The translations under genes and the position numbers were made by a program. This document shows, in pieces, positions 9,896-19,884 of a stretch of DNA of 64,000 nt. Every line of letters begins with the position of its first letter. The stretch's first letter is position 1. This stretch comes from Methanobacteriota archaeon (lineage in GTDB: Archaea > Thermoplasmatota > Poseidoniia > Poseidoniales > Thalassarchaeaceae): NCBI GenBank assembly GCA_018654845.1, contig JABIKU010000017.1, forward strand, positions 34,600 through 98,599. Reading direction: 5' to 3'. The notes under the pieces are model-generated. The model was given only the letters and a program-made list of their open reading frames with translations. It had not been told where the DNA came from and ran no database searches.

Positions 9896-10420
9896 TCAAA
9901 GCAAGAATGAAGCGGCGAATATCCAACACCAAAATCCGAAAAGAATTAGCGACGTGAGGACATATACTCTTGAACGAATTAACATTCTATTGTGAGTGAG
10001 GGCGATTTGGGCATGAACGAAACGGCCAATTACGAATAATCCTGCTAAGACCAAACCGATTTGGTCGACGGAGTCGAGAATCATCGTTGTCAAACAAGCA
10101 GCATAGAATAATACTGGAATTTCAAAGAGGTTGATGAAGTGCAGATCAGTTTGTAGAGATTCACGAGGTGGCAACTCACCTTCGAAAGTTTTGTAATATC
10201 GCCAATTAAATCCCTCTTTCACAACTTTTTCTCGTCGGTATCTCATCGTTGCTCCTACAACAAATGTCAAGCAAACCATAGCGAACATAGGAATTAACAT
10301 CAATTCTCTATCCACGACTCTGCGAATTGGTATGTTGCTTTCATCCCTCCGGCGAGGAAAACCAGCATTATTGGGGATGAGTTTTGACCTATCAATAACT
10401 GAATGCGGATATTGTGGCAT
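9896..10420 (-). CDS. MAPEG-family membrane protein
   Basis: ORF track 9896..10501. The pattern N..E..P followed by GRFVH in the last helices resembles bacterial MAPEG proteins. The start is uncertain (ATG at 10420 or 10300). The longest form would leave only 17 nt to the divergent gene. Confidence 0.55.
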   Translation of the reverse strand: MPQYPHSVIDRSKLIPNNAGFPRRRDESNIPIRRVVDRELMLIPMFAMVCLTFVVGATMRYRREKVVKEGFNWRYYKTFEGELPPRESLQTDLHFINLFEIPVLFYAACLTTMILDSVDQIGLVLAGLFVIGRFVHAQIALTHNRMLIRSRVYVLTSLILFGFWCWIFAASFLL

Positions 10421-10518
10421 TTTTCTCTTTGATATTGACAAAATTACCATAGAGTTATGTATCGATATTTGACTTGTGCCGGCATCGGATTCAAAAACCA
10501 AGATAGAATGAGAATATC

Positions 10519-11100
10519 ATGGACGAAGCCGGCGTTATACTTGCAGCGTTAATGGGAATAAGCCTTGCAGCAGCTTCAGGATTTAGAGTATTTTTACCAC
10601 CTTTCCTTCTTTCTTTGGCTATCAGAGCTGATTTTGTAGAAGTGGACTTGGTTGGAACTAGTTTTGAATTTTTTGAAACTACTCCTGCAATTATCATTCT
10701 CGGAGTTGCGAGCATAGCAGAATTTGCTGCATTTTATGTGCCATGGGTCGATAGTTTGCTCGATACAATTGCTAGTCCTGCAGCGATAATTGCTGGAATT
10801 AGTATGACAGCGATTGTGATGGAAGGTAGTGATCCGGCAGTTCAATGGGCAATTGCAATTATTGCTGGTGGTGGCGCATCCGCTACAATCCAGGGGGCAA
10901 CAGTTACTACTCGGGGATTGAGTTCAACTTTCACTTTAGGTTATGCAAATTCATTGGTTGCAACCAGTGAAAATGTTGCGAGCGTTGCATTGACTATTGT
11001 CGCTTTATTGGCTCCTCTCGTCGCGGGGATATTTGCCGTTGTAATTATAGTAATCATGACAAAAAGAACAATTTCAAAAAGGCAAAGTTCTGATTCTTAA
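10519..11100 (+). CDS. DUF4126-family membrane protein
   Basis: The N-terminus GISLAAASGFRVFLPPFLLSLA and the Gly/Ala-rich TM segments resemble DUF4126 as I recall it. Confidence 0.6.
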   Translation: MDEAGVILAALMGISLAAASGFRVFLPPFLLSLAIRADFVEVDLVGTSFEFFETTPAIIILGVASIAEFAAFYVPWVDSLLDTIASPAAIIAGISMTAIVMEGSDPAVQWAIAIIAGGGASATIQGATVTTRGLSSTFTLGYANSLVATSENVASVALTIVALLAPLVAGIFAVVIIVIMTKRTISKRQSSDS

Positions 11101-11106
11101 GAATAT

Positions 11107-13821
11107 TCAGACTTTTTCGATGGATACAGCTTGAACTTTGTATTCAGGACAATGTGTGTATCCATCGGCTGAAGCTGATAGAACGCTATTCACTCCAACT
11201 TCTGGGAAGTGGAAAGTTGTGAATAGGTTGCCAATTCTGACCGTATCCCCTACTTTTGCAGCCATTTTGATGCGGTTTCTCGGGCTTGATAACCAGACTT
11301 CGTCACCATCATTTATTCCTAGTCGCCTCGCATCCTTGATGTGGATTTCAAGATAATCGGTATCTCTGAATTTAACCAAATCTGAACGACGGGTTTGGGT
11401 TCCAGCATTGTAATGGAACAGATTTCTTCCGGTGACGAGAATGAATGGATAATCATCAGATGCTTGCTCGTTTGGCTCGGAAAACTCAGGTGCTGCAAAG
11501 TTGCCGAGCCCACGACTGAATTTCTCTTGATGCATCACTGTTGTACCTGGATGATCTTCAGTAGGTGATGGCCATTGAACCGCTTGTGGTGTTTCAAGTC
11601 TAGTGTAATTGATTCCTTTGAAATTTGGAGTTAGCCCTGCCAATTCATCCCAAACATCAGATGGTGTTGGTCCAGCAAGGATATCATGTCCCATTTTCTT
11701 AGCTAGTTCAGCAACAATTATCCAATCTTCTTTGGCAATTCCTGGGGAATCGATAGCTTTGCGAATTCTCTGAATTCGCCTCTCACCATTAGTATATGTT
11801 CCATCGCTTTCGAGGAAAGATGCAGCAGGCAGAACAACGTGTGCGAACTTAGCGGATTCACAGAAGAATATGTCCTGAACAATCAGTAAATCGAGGTTTG
11901 CCATCGCCCGTTTAACCGCATCACTATCAGGGTCGGTATGGGCGATATCTGAGCCAATCATGTAAAGTGAGCGGACTCCATCTTGGTCACCAACAGTTTG
12001 CAACATCTCCGGATAGGTCAGGCCTGCCTTTGCAGGAGCTTCGACCTTCCAAACCTCAGAGAATGCTGATCGGTTTTCTTCATTATCAACCGCTTGGTAA
12101 TTTGTGTAAACATTTGGTAAAGCACCCATATCGCAAGAACCCTGGACATTATTTTGGCCTCGTAGTGGATTGATTCCGGTTCCTGGCCTGCCTACATTTC
12201 CAGTCAGAAGAGCAAGGCTTGAGAGAGCCATCACGCCTTCTGAACCATGGCTATGTTCAGTCATCCCAAGGCCATGAACTGACATTGCCGCACTGGAAGT
12301 AGCATACATCTTCGCGGCTGCTTCAAGAGTATCAACTGGGATTCCAGTTAGTGTTGAACAAATGTCTGGAGTCATTCTCGCACACATTTCCTTGTACGGT
12401 TTGAGATTTTCTGTACGAGTATTCATCCAATCTTCACCTGCTTCAAGACCATCTCGAATAATGATATGAGAAAGTCCTTGATAGAGAGCGACATTAGTTC
12501 CTGGTCGTAATTGAAGATGGATATCTGACATTTTTGCGAGTAGAGTTTTCTTTGGATCCGCAACAATCATCTTCATGCCGCGTTTTCTTGCTCGTTTGAT
12601 TCGTGAACCAGTGACCGGATGACCATGAATTGGATTGCAACCAGATGCCAATAATAGGTCAGTGACATCGATATCTTCCAAACTGTTGGTTCCCGCGCCA
12701 GCACCAAAAACAGTCATCATTCCTTTGACTGTCGCTGAGTGACAGACGCGAGCGCAATTATCGACATTATTCGTTCCGATTACCGCCCGCATCAATTTAG
12801 CACCGAGGTAGTTCAATTCGTTTGTAGAACGAGAAGATGTGATTGCACCAATTGCATCAGGGCCTGATTCAGCCTTGATTTTTGTCCAGCCATCGGCGAT
12901 GAATTGGTAGGCTTCATCCCAACTAACCTCGCGGAATTCATCCTCGATAGATTCGCGCAACAGCGGCACAGTTAATCGGTCTTCGTGGTGAACATAAGCG
13001 GAGGCAAAGCGGCCTTTGACACATGCATGACCTTGATTCACAGGTGAATCAGCAGCTGGTTGCATCGTCACCAATTTGCCACCTTTCACACCTACATCGA
13101 ATTGGCAACCAACCCCGCAAAAAGCGCAGGTTGTGCGAACCCAATTATCGGGTACTCCGGCTGCCCGCTCAACTGTATCTTCTAATGCTCCAACCGGACA
13201 TTCGTTGACACAAGCACCGCATGAAACACAATCTGATTCCATAAAGGTTTCATCAGCGCCTGCAATAATTCGCGAATCAAATCCGCGACCGTCAATAGAA
13301 AGCGCATGAGTTACCTGAACATCATCACACGCGCGGACACATCTTGAACAAACGATGCATTTACTGGCATCGAAAGAGAAGAACGGGTTTGAGAAATCGA
13401 TTGGCATTCCAATATTTGCAGGAGTATTATCGTAGCGAACTTCACGCAGACCAACTTCAGCAGCAACATCTTGCAGTTCGCAATCACCATTCGCTGTACA
13501 GGTCAGACAATCGAGTGGATGCTCACTAACGTACAATTCAGTAATTCCCTTGCGTAGATCCCACAGGCGCTCACTTCCCGTTTCAATTTCCATTCCCTCG
13601 CTCGCGAGGGTTGTACATGACGAGGGAGTTCCTTGCATACCGTCGACTTCTACGATGCACATGCGGCAGGATCCGAAAGCATCTAGATGAGGTGAATCGC
13701 ACAAACTTGGAATAGAGATGTCATTATCTCTGGCAACTTGCATAATCGTTTGCCCAGATTTACCCGACACCTGTTGGCCATTGATTTTCATAATGATTGA
13801 ATCGATTGACTGCTCCATCAT
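11107..13821 (-). CDS. fdhA: Formate dehydrogenase catalytic (alpha) subunit, NAD-dependent FdsA/NuoG-like type, Cys-containing
   Basis: An N-terminal 2Fe-2S ferredoxin module and 4Fe-4S clusters (CVSCGACVNECP) precede a molybdopterin oxidoreductase body. That body carries NCARVCHSATV (active-site Cys-His) and RGQNNVQGSCDMG. An ATGA start/stop overlap links it to the upstream gene. Confidence 0.9.
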   Translation of the reverse strand: MMEQSIDSIIMKINGQQVSGKSGQTIMQVARDNDISIPSLCDSPHLDAFGSCRMCIVEVDGMQGTPSSCTTLASEGMEIETGSERLWDLRKGITELYVSEHPLDCLTCTANGDCELQDVAAEVGLREVRYDNTPANIGMPIDFSNPFFSFDASKCIVCSRCVRACDDVQVTHALSIDGRGFDSRIIAGADETFMESDCVSCGACVNECPVGALEDTVERAAGVPDNWVRTTCAFCGVGCQFDVGVKGGKLVTMQPAADSPVNQGHACVKGRFASAYVHHEDRLTVPLLRESIEDEFREVSWDEAYQFIADGWTKIKAESGPDAIGAITSSRSTNELNYLGAKLMRAVIGTNNVDNCARVCHSATVKGMMTVFGAGAGTNSLEDIDVTDLLLASGCNPIHGHPVTGSRIKRARKRGMKMIVADPKKTLLAKMSDIHLQLRPGTNVALYQGLSHIIIRDGLEAGEDWMNTRTENLKPYKEMCARMTPDICSTLTGIPVDTLEAAAKMYATSSAAMSVHGLGMTEHSHGSEGVMALSSLALLTGNVGRPGTGINPLRGQNNVQGSCDMGALPNVYTNYQAVDNEENRSAFSEVWKVEAPAKAGLTYPEMLQTVGDQDGVRSLYMIGSDIAHTDPDSDAVKRAMANLDLLIVQDIFFCESAKFAHVVLPAASFLESDGTYTNGERRIQRIRKAIDSPGIAKEDWIIVAELAKKMGHDILAGPTPSDVWDELAGLTPNFKGINYTRLETPQAVQWPSPTEDHPGTTVMHQEKFSRGLGNFAAPEFSEPNEQASDDYPFILVTGRNLFHYNAGTQTRRSDLVKFRDTDYLEIHIKDARRLGINDGDEVWLSSPRNRIKMAAKVGDTVRIGNLFTTFHFPEVGVNSVLSASADGYTHCPEYKVQAVSIEKV

Positions 13822-15713
13822 TGATTATCACCTACAGCCAATGAACCACCGAAGGCCTCAGGCCATCGAGCGATTGTTGAGCGAACTGGATTCATTGCTA
13901 ATCCACCTAGTGCACACAAAGAAGTCGAAGTCATGATATCATCGAGATCGATAAGTAGCGAGCGGTCACTCTCACGCTCAGTATCACTACCAAGACGCTG
14001 CAACAATTCCAACGCTCGCTGAGTTCCAATTCGACACGGTGTGCATTTTCCACAACTTTCATCGCGGAAGAATTTCATCCATCCAACGACTTCAGTATGA
14101 GCATCGAAGTCCTCGCCATATGCGACAAAGCCACCGTGACCGAGCAATCCACCTGCATTGGCAAGGCCTTCGAAAGACAACTCGATTTCATTCAATTCAT
14201 CGGCCTTGAATACCGAACCTAATGGCCCACCAATCTGCATCGCAGTTACACCTTCAAGGCTCGAATAATTAGTAAATAACTCACCGATTGTTCCTCCAAA
14301 TGGAACTTCGACACAGGCAGGTCGTTCGAGATTTCCAACGATTTGGGCTACTACTGTTCCACGACTGGAATCAGTTCCAAGCGCTGAGATTTTCTCAGAT
14401 CCTTCACGCAAAACAGCAGCTGCCAGCGCGAATGTTAGGACATTATTGACAATGGTCGGTTTGCCGAATAAACCAGAGGTTGTTGGGTAGGGTGGGCGAG
14501 CTCGAACCTCTCCTCGTCTTCCTTCCAGACTTTCGAGTAAGGCGGTTTCTTCACCACAAACATAGGAGCCGGCGCCATTTGCGATTGTGATGTCAAATCC
14601 TGTATTTTCTCCAAGATATCCAGCATTTCTTGCCGAATTGATTGCTGATTGCATGATTAACTTTGCTTCTGGATATTCGCTTCTTAGGTAAATCCAGCCC
14701 TGATTTGCACCGATAGTTTCAGCACAAATCAACATCCCTTCAATCAACGCATGAGGATCGCCTTCCATAATCATCCGATCGATAAATGTCCCCGCATCTC
14801 CCTCGTCCGCATTGGCCACCACATGCTTGACTGCGGATTCTTCGGTGGCGGCTGCAGACCATTTGAAGTGGGTTGGGAAGCCAGCGCCACCGCGGCCTCG
14901 AAGTCCAGCATTTTTCAGCTCAGAAAGAACGAATTCGGCTCCACCTCGTCGGGCGGCATCGAGGCCAACATAAGCTCCGTTCTGTTTCATTGAATCTAGG
15001 TTGAGAGGATCACAAACTCCCATTCTCGACATCGCCAGTCGAGTTTGGCTAGCAAATTCTGGAAGTGATTCGATGGCACCGAAAAATTTCGGATGAGAAT
15101 CACTTTCACCACGTTCAATTGCAGAAATTACTGAGGAGACGTCTGTTGAGACCAATGGCCCAAAACCAATGCGTTTACCTTCAATTTCTATTTCTAGAAT
15201 TGGTTCGAGATGAAATAATCCACGGCTGCCGGTCCGTATCAGTGCAGCATCAGTTGGTGCGTTTTCAATAATTGCAGCCGCAATATCTTCTGCCCCGTAA
15301 GACAAACTCATACTATCGAGACTGAGGTGAAATTGCAATCCTGAACCGGCCTGAGAAAGTGCTACAATCGGTTCGTCAGAACGAATCACTGCGGGCCCAT
15401 TTGCACAGAGTCCGGCGCAGTGAAGATGACCGACAGTCTCGCCATCAGATTCTAATTTTGAAATCACCGAGTCTGCACCTTGTGCCCTGCAGGATTCACC
15501 TATGCAGACTCGAACGGTCGCATCTGTTGGCTTCAATTCAGCATAATATCCAATTACACCACGAACTTTTGCAGCCGTCGTTCCCGTCAATTCTGCGATC
15601 TCACGAATACGAGCAGCATCTGGATCACCCTTGGTTCGAATCTCTTCTTTGAGAATTTCAAGTAATTCGTGACCTGGTCGGCCAGGATCCCATAACGGAA
15701 GTCCAAGACTCAT
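13818..15713 (-). CDS. Fused NuoE-like/NuoF-like diaphorase subunit (formate dehydrogenase beta+gamma; NAD(H)- and FMN-binding)
   Basis: The N-terminal thioredoxin-like 2Fe-2S has CIGESC...CAGLC. It is followed by the NuoF motifs GRGGAGFPT and ESCGKCTPCR. Confidence 0.85.
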   Translation of the reverse strand: MSLGLPLWDPGRPGHELLEILKEEIRTKGDPDAARIREIAELTGTTAAKVRGVIGYYAELKPTDATVRVCIGESCRAQGADSVISKLESDGETVGHLHCAGLCANGPAVIRSDEPIVALSQAGSGLQFHLSLDSMSLSYGAEDIAAAIIENAPTDAALIRTGSRGLFHLEPILEIEIEGKRIGFGPLVSTDVSSVISAIERGESDSHPKFFGAIESLPEFASQTRLAMSRMGVCDPLNLDSMKQNGAYVGLDAARRGGAEFVLSELKNAGLRGRGGAGFPTHFKWSAAATEESAVKHVVANADEGDAGTFIDRMIMEGDPHALIEGMLICAETIGANQGWIYLRSEYPEAKLIMQSAINSARNAGYLGENTGFDITIANGAGSYVCGEETALLESLEGRRGEVRARPPYPTTSGLFGKPTIVNNVLTFALAAAVLREGSEKISALGTDSSRGTVVAQIVGNLERPACVEVPFGGTIGELFTNYSSLEGVTAMQIGGPLGSVFKADELNEIELSFEGLANAGGLLGHGGFVAYGEDFDAHTEVVGWMKFFRDESCGKCTPCRIGTQRALELLQRLGSDTERESDRSLLIDLDDIMTSTSLCALGGLAMNPVRSTIARWPEAFGGSLAVGDNQ

Positions 15714-15808
15714 TCAATTTTCTCCTGAAAATTGTATCCGACCATTGCGACCACTACGTGGTCGAGCCTAGCATCTACTTGTGAATGTTCGTTGGAGAAC
15801 TTACCAAC

Positions 15809-17089
15809 CTAAGCTAACGGCTCTAGAATTTCTTGACCACCCATGTATGGCTGAAGCACATCGGGAATTTTTACTCGTCCATCTTCTAATTGATTCTGCT
15901 CAATGATGGCTACAAGCGTTCGGCTGGTTGCTATTGCGGTCGAATTCAGCGTGTGAACCGCTTCATTTCCTTCTGCGGTTCGGTAGCGCATTCGAAGCCG
16001 ATTCGCTTGATAATCGGTGCAATTTGAGCAAGAGACGACCTCTTTGTATTCGCCAACTCCAGGCAGCCAAGCTTCGAGGTCGTATTTTTTGGCAGCCACA
16101 CTTCCCATATCTCCGGTACAGATATTGACAACCCGGTAGTGCAAACCTAGGCTATCCCAAAGGTCGACAGCGTTTTGAAACAAATCTTCATGATGTTGCC
16201 ACGATTCTTCTGGTTTGCAAATAATAATCTGCTCAATCTTTGTAAATTGGTGAACTCGCCAAATTCCTCTATCAGATAGCCCATGCGCCCCAACTTCTCT
16301 GCGGAAACAAGGAGAGATTCCAACCTGTTTTATCGGCAGTTCTGCAGGCTCGATGATTTCATCCATTCTCATCGCAGTGAGTGGGTGTTCGCTAGTTGCA
16401 ATGAGATAGAATTTATCAGGCTCGACCCCGTACATTACAGTTTCAAAATCTGCTAAATCGGTGACGCCTTCGTATGCTTCCCTATTCATCATTAATGGGG
16501 GTTGGACGAGCGTGTAATCACGTGCGATTAGGAAGTTTGCCGCGTATTGTTGCAACGCCATTTCCATTCGTGCAAGATCACCTTGTAAGAAGTAGAATCG
16601 AGATCCGGTGATTTTTGCTGCTCGCGAGAGGTCAACCCAACCATTTCCTTCGACCAAATCATTGTGTACTTTCGGCTCAAATCCGAGTTCGACCTTTTCG
16701 CCGTGAAGGCTATGAAGCGTATTCTTTTGATCATCTTCTCCAACTGGAACTGATTCGTGCAAAATATTTGGAACGCGCATTCGAATTGCATCACGCTCGG
16801 CTAGACAATCTTCTGTTTTTTTTGTTAACACATCGATTTGCGCTCCGATGTTTTTCACTTCAGCCATTATCGCTTCAGCAGCCGATTTATCACCAGATTT
16901 TTTGGCTGCTGCAATACCTCTAGCAGCTTCGTTTCGTGCCTTGCGAAGTTGGTCAGTATCGTAACGTGCTTGTCGCCACTCTTCATCGAGGCGAAGAACC
17001 GAATCTATGTTGTCATGAGATATCTCACGCTTATCGTGATCTGCACGAATTATGTCCGCATTTTGGCGGAACATCATGATGTCAAGCAT
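15809..17089 (-). CDS. serS: Seryl-tRNA synthetase
   Basis: It has an N-terminal coiled-coil arm and a class II core (FRRE, GDMG..KYDLE, NSTA.A..R). The ATG at 17089 gives the typical MLDI... N-terminus. The ORF track extends to 17119. Confidence 0.9.
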   Translation of the reverse strand: MLDIMMFRQNADIIRADHDKREISHDNIDSVLRLDEEWRQARYDTDQLRKARNEAARGIAAAKKSGDKSAAEAIMAEVKNIGAQIDVLTKKTEDCLAERDAIRMRVPNILHESVPVGEDDQKNTLHSLHGEKVELGFEPKVHNDLVEGNGWVDLSRAAKITGSRFYFLQGDLARMEMALQQYAANFLIARDYTLVQPPLMMNREAYEGVTDLADFETVMYGVEPDKFYLIATSEHPLTAMRMDEIIEPAELPIKQVGISPCFRREVGAHGLSDRGIWRVHQFTKIEQIIICKPEESWQHHEDLFQNAVDLWDSLGLHYRVVNICTGDMGSVAAKKYDLEAWLPGVGEYKEVVSCSNCTDYQANRLRMRYRTAEGNEAVHTLNSTAIATSRTLVAIIEQNQLEDGRVKIPDVLQPYMGGQEILEPLA

Positions 17090-17144
17090 ATCTACCAGCC
17101 CTTTGGGCTGGTCAACCATCCTTCAATGAATCGGGTTATTCTAC

Positions 17145-18209
17145 TCAGAAAAGCGTGATATTTTGCCATAACTCTGGTAGGCCGACTGCATAAATACCAC
17201 TGATTAGGTAACCGAGAATAGATCCACCGTTCAATAATGGTAAACCGGCTTGTGGTTTACCGAGCGCGACCTGAGTCATCAATGCGAAATATCCAACCAA
17301 TCCCCCGATTAATGTACCTAGAGCGACTATTAGAGGTGCGAGGTAAATCGTTCCGAATAAAGTGTGAATTTCAGTGCCCCAATTTGGCAGGAATGACATA
17401 GTCGAAATCACCAACATTCCTGGAAAAATCACGTCTCCCAAACCCATGAAAAGCGCATCTCGCCCTTTCGCTCTCTTTGGAATTTTGACGTCTGGGGCAG
17501 GTTCTTGCCAATTTTCTTCGGTCGGGTCCATTATTTCTGCTTGCATAATATCGCTTTCTTCGTCGAGGAAAGAATAGCCTTTTTCTTTAGGTGCAACAAG
17601 CAATATCGGTAATTTTAGATTAATCATCGTATCTGCTAATTCAAGCATATGCTTACTTCCATTGACTGCCCAATGGTCGTAGATTGCAGCAAGAATCATG
17701 AATAAAATAATCAGTACTGGAACGAAACTAACTCCAATCATTGTTATCACGCCGGCTCCAACCAAAACCCCAACTAAATTGACGATATACCATTCTGGAT
17801 ATCGCCAGAGAACGATCATTAAAACAGCGCTGACCAATAATGCAAATGGTAGGATAACAGATGTTGAACAAGCGCCGAGCAAGCAAGGTATAATCGAGAT
17901 ATATGGGAAAACGACATAGAATAATGAAAAGAATAATGAGAGCATGATGAAACCTTTGATGAAAGCCTCCAAACCTCGTCTTGCGAGCCAAATAATGACG
18001 ATTGTAAAGACTCCAATCAATGCTAATTCAAGGAAAATATAGCTGCTTTTCGTTGCACCTTCAGAACCAAAGGCTCGTACTTCATCGATATTGTATAGAG
18101 GTTGAATCGACATGCCGATGAAGATTGTAGTCAGGAACATACCGGCCATTCCCGCCATCGACTGCCATTGCTCGAGCATGGCTTCCTTAATCTCACTCAC
18201 TTTCTCCAC
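17145..18209 (-). CDS. Presenilin/signal-peptide-peptidase family (A22) intramembrane aspartyl protease
   Basis: The protein is polytopic. It carries a YD motif (AAIYDHWAV), a GxGD motif (FMGLGDVIFPG) and a PAL-like motif (GLPLLNGG). Confidence 0.8.
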   Translation of the reverse strand: MEKVSEIKEAMLEQWQSMAGMAGMFLTTIFIGMSIQPLYNIDEVRAFGSEGATKSSYIFLELALIGVFTIVIIWLARRGLEAFIKGFIMLSLFFSLFYVVFPYISIIPCLLGACSTSVILPFALLVSAVLMIVLWRYPEWYIVNLVGVLVGAGVITMIGVSFVPVLIILFMILAAIYDHWAVNGSKHMLELADTMINLKLPILLVAPKEKGYSFLDEESDIMQAEIMDPTEENWQEPAPDVKIPKRAKGRDALFMGLGDVIFPGMLVISTMSFLPNWGTEIHTLFGTIYLAPLIVALGTLIGGLVGYFALMTQVALGKPQAGLPLLNGGSILGYLISGIYAVGLPELWQNITLF

Positions 18210-18285
18210 GATGTCTTACGAAGTTCAAAGACCATATCACCTTGACCCGTGGCCGCTTCTACACGGGACGCGGAGTAGGACAGGT

Positions 18286-19512
18286 ATGAGTGTCAGAGAA
18301 TGGCTTGAAGAAAGGAAATTTGCAGGTGTCAAATTAGGGCTTGAAAACTGTGAACTTTTATTGCAGCGACTTGATAATCCTCACCTAAATTTCCCTTCAA
18401 TTCACGTTGCTGGAACTAACGGAAAAGGCTCACTGTGTGTACAATTATCGGCACTGGCGACGGCGAATGGTTTGCGAGTAGGTTTGTTTTCGACGCCGCA
18501 TTTGGTAATAGTCGAAGAGCGTGCCCGAATTGATGGTCAACCGATTTCAACTGAGAAATTCGATGAATATCTTACTCAGGTCAAGTCGGCTTCAGAAGTA
18601 ATACCATCCTGTAGCCCGACATATTACGAGGCGACATTCATTGTTGCAATGCTTGCTTTCGCTGAAGCTGGAGTCGAGCGGGCGGTTATCGAAACAGGTC
18701 TCGGTGGGCGACTCGATGCAACACGATTGGTCGATGCTGATCTTACCGTAATTACGACAATTTCGTTGGATCATACAGAATTTCTCGGCGATTCATTAGC
18801 AGAGATTGCCGCCGAGAAGGCAGCGATTCATCGAGATGGTGTACCGCTAATCGCATTGGATCCTGAGGGTGAATCAGTTCTCGCTGTATTCGCAGAATAT
18901 GCTGGTGATGACCTTTGGTTACATAGCCCAGCAGCCAACTTGTCACCTTGGGAAATATGGAACGAACTTTCACAAAAAATAGCTCACTCTTTTGGTTGGA
19001 AAAATCTGCAACAGAATGCAATTTGGCCGGGGCGCTCTTCAAATTGGCCACCGAATTGGTTTGATGCAGAAGTAGCAATTAGTGCAGCACACAATTTAGA
19101 GAGTATCAATGCTGAATTAGCCTCACGCACTAATTCTGAAAATTCTCAACATAAGCAGGTATTAGTTCTCGGCATGAGCCAAAAAGCAAATTTGCTAACC
19201 GCTCTTGGAGATTTGCCGAATCCTCAAAATTTTGAATCGAGATTTTCTCATGTTTTTTTCACTGAACCTACCAGTGGTCGAAATCCTGCAGTACCTGCAG
19301 AAGATTTACGAGATATTTTTCCTGCAGATTTTGGCGAGTCATACTCTATCGAAAAAGAACCCGGACTCGCCGTCGAGATGGCAGCAAATTTAGCAGCAAA
19401 ACGACAAACTAAAGTACTCGTTTTGGGAAGCGTATATTTGGTTGGAGATATTTTGAAATTTGTTGTAAAAAGATCAAAACTCGACCTTTGGAACGAACTT
19501 ACAGTTCACTGA
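18286..19512 (+). CDS. folC: Folylpolyglutamate synthase / dihydrofolate synthase
   Basis: It has the Mur-ligase P-loop HVAGTNGKGS, the N-terminal GVKLGLEN typical of FolC, and DHTEFLG. ORF track 18112..19512 overlaps the divergent protease gene. ATG 18286 (or 18211) avoids the overlap. Confidence 0.85.
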   Translation: MSVREWLEERKFAGVKLGLENCELLLQRLDNPHLNFPSIHVAGTNGKGSLCVQLSALATANGLRVGLFSTPHLVIVEERARIDGQPISTEKFDEYLTQVKSASEVIPSCSPTYYEATFIVAMLAFAEAGVERAVIETGLGGRLDATRLVDADLTVITTISLDHTEFLGDSLAEIAAEKAAIHRDGVPLIALDPEGESVLAVFAEYAGDDLWLHSPAANLSPWEIWNELSQKIAHSFGWKNLQQNAIWPGRSSNWPPNWFDAEVAISAAHNLESINAELASRTNSENSQHKQVLVLGMSQKANLLTALGDLPNPQNFESRFSHVFFTEPTSGRNPAVPAEDLRDIFPADFGESYSIEKEPGLAVEMAANLAAKRQTKVLVLGSVYLVGDILKFVVKRSKLDLWNELTVH

Positions 19513-19524
19513 GAATCAATAAGG

Positions 19525-19875
19525 ATGACCCTGCTCGATGTGTTACAGATGTCTGCCAAGGAGAGCGATAAGGTCGAGGTGAAAGTCGTAGTTGAGTCGA
19601 AAGACACGAGTTCGAAAGTAATCTTAGTCGCACTTACTTTGGTTCTTTCGGGCGTTCTTTTGGTTTTGGTTACAGGAGGTGGAGCTGATGGTTTCCTTTC
19701 ACCAAAAAAAGGTGATGCACTCGGCAATTGTGGCGATGGAATCGACAACGATGGAGGCGGTCAAGCCGACCGAGATGACCCTGATTGTTATTCAAATCCG
19801 AAAGCATGGGAGGGTTATGATTCAACTCGTACCGAGGCAAATAGAGATAACGACCCGCCTGGAGGGCAACCCTGA
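19525..19875 (+). CDS. Small membrane-anchored protein with one Asp-rich Cys-bracketed motif (CGDGIDNDGGGQADRDDPDC)
   Basis: One TM helix (VILVALTLVLSGVLLVLV) is followed by a MopE/TSP3-like acidic putative metal-binding motif. It lies 12 nt after folC. Confidence 0.55.
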   Translation: MTLLDVLQMSAKESDKVEVKVVVESKDTSSKVILVALTLVLSGVLLVLVTGGGADGFLSPKKGDALGNCGDGIDNDGGGQADRDDPDCYSNPKAWEGYDSTRTEANRDNDPPGGQP

Positions 19876-19884
19876 GGAATTACG

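Noticed and set aside
12742-12744. I checked whether the formate dehydrogenase active site uses selenocysteine (in-frame TGA).
   Set aside because: The codon is TGT (Cys) within NCARVCH, and the ORF is uninterrupted. No recoding is needed.
18112-18285. N-terminal extensions in the ORF track. Examples are folC from 18112, thermosome from 61559, serS from 17119, sdhB from 30591, pyrI from 44747 and macro from 28942.
   Set aside because: Each extension overlaps a neighbouring gene or a promoter-like spacer and adds non-homologous residues. Internal ATGs give family-typical N-termini and sensible SD/stop-start geometry.
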